The position numbers and the translations under genes are program-made. Shown here in pieces: positions 60,751-64,000 of a DNA stretch of 64,000 nt. Each line of letters starts with the position of its first letter. Position 1 is the stretch's first letter. The notes under the pieces were generated by a model. The model saw only the letters and a list, made by a program, of their open reading frames with translations. It did not search any database and was not told the origin of the DNA. Source of the DNA: Macrostomum hystrix (lineage: Eukaryota > Animalia > Platyhelminthes); contig CATNEN010000038.1 in assembly GCA_950097015.1 (NCBI GenBank), forward strand, positions 15,500,001-15,564,000. The letters run 5' to 3'.

Positions 60751-63700
60751 TCCACGCCACTTGTTGCCGCACAAGTTTTTGGTTCCGACATTAAATTCAT
60801 CGTTGACACTGGCGCTGAGAGATCTCTGCTCCCTCCAAGTTTCGTTCCGCTCAACCTCATATCTCCCTGTAACGTCCGCCTCCGAGGAGTCAGCGGTCAC
60901 GAAATTCATCTGCATGGTCAATCGTCGGTCACATTCTCCATTAATGGCCTGCGGCATATGTTTCGTGTCAATTTCATTATTGCTAACACGGCCCCTATAC
61001 TCGGCTCGAATTTTTTGACTCAATACGAACTGCTTATCGACATGGGTTCCAGATGCATCCGCGACCCACTCACTTCCCTTTCCGCACCACTGTGTTTTGA
61101 ACACACCAAAGGTTTTATACCTCCCTCTGTTCATGTTGTTGCTGCCGCACCAGTTAGTCACGTTCTATTGCCGTTTCCTGATCTAACGGCTTCGCCCGAT
61201 TACTCAGTCCTTCCTGCAACGCCAGTGACTCATCAAATCATCACCACTGGAAAACCAGTATTCTGCAAACCTCGCCCACTGTCTCCTGCTAAGTATGCTG
61301 TTGCCAAAGCTGAATTTGACAAGCTCCTGCAAATGGGCATCGTTCGCCCGTCTTCTAGTCCGTGGGCCTCACCGCTCCACATGGTCAAGAAGCCCGACGG
61401 ATCTTGGCGACCGTGTGGAGACTACCGCGCCCTTAACAGCGTAACAACTCCCGACCGATATCCGTTGCCTCATCTTCGACATTTTCATCACCACTTACGA
61501 GGCAGCAATGTTTTCAGCAAACTGGATCTTGTCAAGGCATACCACTTCATTCCTATGGCTGAGGAGGACATTGCCAAAACCGCGATTTGCACCCCTTTTG
61601 GATCCTTTGAATACACGAGGATGCCATTCGGCCTGCGGAACTCCGGCAGTACATTTCAACGGTTCATCGACTCCCTTTTCCGTGGTCTGGATTGTGCAAT
61701 CACGTATGTTGACGACGTCCTGATCCACAGCAAATCGGAGGAGGAGCACCACAGGGATGTGGAATCCGTTTTACAGAGACTGCGCCATGAAAGCTTGCGA
61801 GTAAATCCTGAAAAATGTCAATTTTTTCAAAAGGAAATTGAATTCCTCGGTCACCTAATCTCTGCCCAAGGCATTCAACCAATTCCATCTCGTCTAGACG
61901 CACTTCGCAAACTCTCACCTCCGCGCGATTTCAAGAGTCTACAGAGAATAGTGGGTATGTTTGGTTTCTATCAACGTCACATTCCAAACTACGCCCACAT
62001 CATTCAACCTCTTCGATCATTGAGTGATGACTCCTACGAGTGGACTGCTCACCACGATGCAGCTTTCCAGAAACTTAAGGATAGTTTATCCTCCGCTGTT
62101 ACCCTCGCCTTTCCTGATCCTACAGCTACTTTCACCATAACGTCCGACGCCAGTTCTTTTGCGATTGGTGCCAGTCTTCATCAGGTAGTTGAAGGAAACT
62201 CCTCACCGATAGCGTTTTTCTCACGTAAGCTAACAACTACCGAATGCTCATACAGCGCCTTCGACCGTGAGCTCCTGGCTGTGTTCGCTGCAGTAAAAAC
62301 CTGGCGCCATCTCATTCATGGTCATCCGACAACTGTGTTTTGCGACCACAAACCACTGATAGGCGCGTTCCATAGTACCAAAGAACGCCTCTCGGATCGA
62401 CAGCAACGCCAATTATCCACCATCACGGAATACGTCACGGAAATTGTACATATCCCGGGCACCAAAAACGTCGTTGCTGACACTCTGTCCCGCGACCCGC
62501 AGGAGCTTATCACCGATACATACGCCGTCAATGTAATTGAAGACGCAGACAACCCAATCATTCAACTACCTGCCGACCTCCCGGCAATCGCGCGAGCACA
62601 AAAAGAAATGGGAATAACTGGTGACCAGTTTAGTCCTTTTGACATTGGTCTACTTGACTGTCCACTCTACTGCGAGACGTCACAACCCAATCCTCGCCCT
62701 TTCGTTCCGGAGAGTCTACGTCGGCAGATCGTCCTAGCTCTTCACGAAATTTCACATGCTGGAGTCAAGGCCACACTACGCCTAGTTGCCCATCGTTTTT
62801 TTTGGCCATGTATGAAATCCGACGTACAGAATTGGACAGCTTCATGTCTCCAGTGCCAAGCCGCCAAAGTTGGGCGCCACATTCAACGCCCACTTCATTT
62901 CCTACCGTGCCCCACACAGCGTTTTACGACTGTCCACATGGATTTAGTGGGACCACTTCCACCTCCGGAGCCCGACGACTTATCAACACCGCAGCCCCGC
63001 TACCTTCTTACCGTAATAGATTCATTTACTCGCTGGATTGAAGCCGTTCCGCTGCAAACCATTTCGGCTGCTGCAGTCGCACGTGCTTTTGTCGACCATT
63101 CGGTCTGTCGCTTTGGACCACCATTAACCCTGGTTACTGATCAAGGGACACAGTTTCGCTCAGAGCTGATGGCCGACCTGGTGACCCTTCTCGGTGTTCA
63201 CCACATCCGCACCTCAGCTTACAATCCGAAGGCTAACGGAATGATAGAACGCTCTCATCGCTCTCTCAAAGCCAGTCTTCGCGCACGAGGTCGTTCATGG
63301 CTATCTCAACTAAATGTCGTTCTTTTTGGTCTGCGCATTCATCCGGATGACACTGGTAACTCTCCCTTTTCTACCGTAACCGGCGAACAACCACTTGTTC
63401 CGCCAGTCGTTACTGACGATTCCAACAATCGAAAACTCGCACAAAGCCTTCACAGTTTATTCTTCCCGTACCGACTGCCACGGACGCAGCATCGACCAGT
63501 TCACCTTCCGTCCGACCTATCAACCTGTGAATTTGCTTGGCTTCGATTAGATCGCGTGAGAAAACCATTGGAAGCACCATATCAGGGCCCTTTCAAGGTC
63601 GTCCACCGTTCCGCTGACACAATGACCCTGGATATCAAGGGCAAACCTCAAGTGGTATCAATCGAACGCATCAAACCGGCACGTCTGCCAGATCCTGCAC

Positions 63701-63816
63701 CCCAGACGCGCTCAATGACCAATTCAAACCCTGTTATAAGCCCAGTTTTTCAAGTGCAACAACGCCCCATAAAACGCGTCCATTTTAATGACAATGTAAC
63801 TGTTCTTACTCGTTGA
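60718..63816 (+). CDS. pol: Retrotransposon Pol (protease, RT, RNase H, integrase with GPY/F motif)
   Basis: IVDTGA; MPFGL, YVDD; SDAS, DRELLA, DHKPL; H..H..CLQC, HMDLVG, VTDQG, IERSH; PYQGPF. Confidence 0.97.
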   Translation: MQRPGHDDKQASTPLVAAQVFGSDIKFIVDTGAERSLLPPSFVPLNLISPCNVRLRGVSGHEIHLHGQSSVTFSINGLRHMFRVNFIIANTAPILGSNFLTQYELLIDMGSRCIRDPLTSLSAPLCFEHTKGFIPPSVHVVAAAPVSHVLLPFPDLTASPDYSVLPATPVTHQIITTGKPVFCKPRPLSPAKYAVAKAEFDKLLQMGIVRPSSSPWASPLHMVKKPDGSWRPCGDYRALNSVTTPDRYPLPHLRHFHHHLRGSNVFSKLDLVKAYHFIPMAEEDIAKTAICTPFGSFEYTRMPFGLRNSGSTFQRFIDSLFRGLDCAITYVDDVLIHSKSEEEHHRDVESVLQRLRHESLRVNPEKCQFFQKEIEFLGHLISAQGIQPIPSRLDALRKLSPPRDFKSLQRIVGMFGFYQRHIPNYAHIIQPLRSLSDDSYEWTAHHDAAFQKLKDSLSSAVTLAFPDPTATFTITSDASSFAIGASLHQVVEGNSSPIAFFSRKLTTTECSYSAFDRELLAVFAAVKTWRHLIHGHPTTVFCDHKPLIGAFHSTKERLSDRQQRQLSTITEYVTEIVHIPGTKNVVADTLSRDPQELITDTYAVNVIEDADNPIIQLPADLPAIARAQKEMGITGDQFSPFDIGLLDCPLYCETSQPNPRPFVPESLRRQIVLALHEISHAGVKATLRLVAHRFFWPCMKSDVQNWTASCLQCQAAKVGRHIQRPLHFLPCPTQRFTTVHMDLVGPLPPPEPDDLSTPQPRYLLTVIDSFTRWIEAVPLQTISAAAVARAFVDHSVCRFGPPLTLVTDQGTQFRSELMADLVTLLGVHHIRTSAYNPKANGMIERSHRSLKASLRARGRSWLSQLNVVLFGLRIHPDDTGNSPFSTVTGEQPLVPPVVTDDSNNRKLAQSLHSLFFPYRLPRTQHRPVHLPSDLSTCEFAWLRLDRVRKPLEAPYQGPFKVVHRSADTMTLDIKGKPQVVSIERIKPARLPDPAPQTRSMTNSNPVISPVFQVQQRPIKRVHFNDNVTVLTR

Positions 63817-63828
63817 GGGGGGAGTGTT

Positions 63829-64000
63829 TGTAGCGTCTAAAACGAACTTTTATTTCAGACTTAGTTACGACTCTAACTTTCTTTAATTTCCATAGACAAC
63901 CCCACTTGTTCCACCAAGAATACTAGGATACTAGCCCTCCCTTTTTCCCATAGATTAACTGTACCAGCTCAATTAAATAAAGCCGACCACGGGGGCCAAG
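63829..64000 (+). repeat. 3' LTR (partial)
   Basis: Identical to 59543-59714. Confidence 0.93.

Larger units (their letters stand above)
59543..64000 (+). mobile_element. Intact Ty3/gypsy LTR retrotransposon (3' LTR truncated by window end)
   Basis: 5' LTR TG..CA 59543-59789, PBS, gag, PR-RT-RH-IN pol, PPT GAGGGGGGAG at about 63815-63824. 3' LTR from 63829 is identical to the 5' LTR over the visible 172 bp. Confidence 0.97.

Overview
Eukaryotic, intron-containing, minisatellite-rich animal DNA. Gene content, polyQ/polyA tracts, C/A-rich splice acceptors and dense minisatellites resemble a free-living flatworm such as Macrostomum; this is inference only. From 5' to 3' it contains: (1) about 4 kb of 18-bp and 23-bp satellites. 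(2) Lectin gene 1 (7677-12587,+): signal peptide, 3 atypical C-type lectin domains (CTLDs), mucin stalk, TM. (3) Lectin locus 2 (14030-31834,+): signal peptide, Cys repeats, 3 FN3 domains, mucin, then an array of recently duplicated phase-2/phase-2 exons. Each such exon encodes the C-half of one CTLD (four classes, A-D) and a nearly invariant N-half of the next CTLD. (4) A two-TM protein gene (-). (5) An FBXW7/SEL-10-like gene (+). (6) A secreted IGFBP-like/follistatin-Kazal gene (-). (7) A CCDC149-like gene (+). (8) The 3' part of a STAC-like tandem-SH3 gene (-). Its introns carry an internally deleted Tc1/IS630-type element and a young, intact Ty3/gypsy element with a predicted -1 frameshift signal. 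Two tRNA-derived SINE families, several MITE-like inverted repeats and about 20 tandem arrays are also present. The best candidate for an undescribed system is the split-domain, frame-compatible CTLD cassette array. It has surplus competing C-half exons, a hypervariable codon triplet and recent unequal crossing-over, and could generate lectin-like receptors of variable length and specificity. All exon structures were deduced by eye from GT-AG sites and reading frame and need transcript confirmation.
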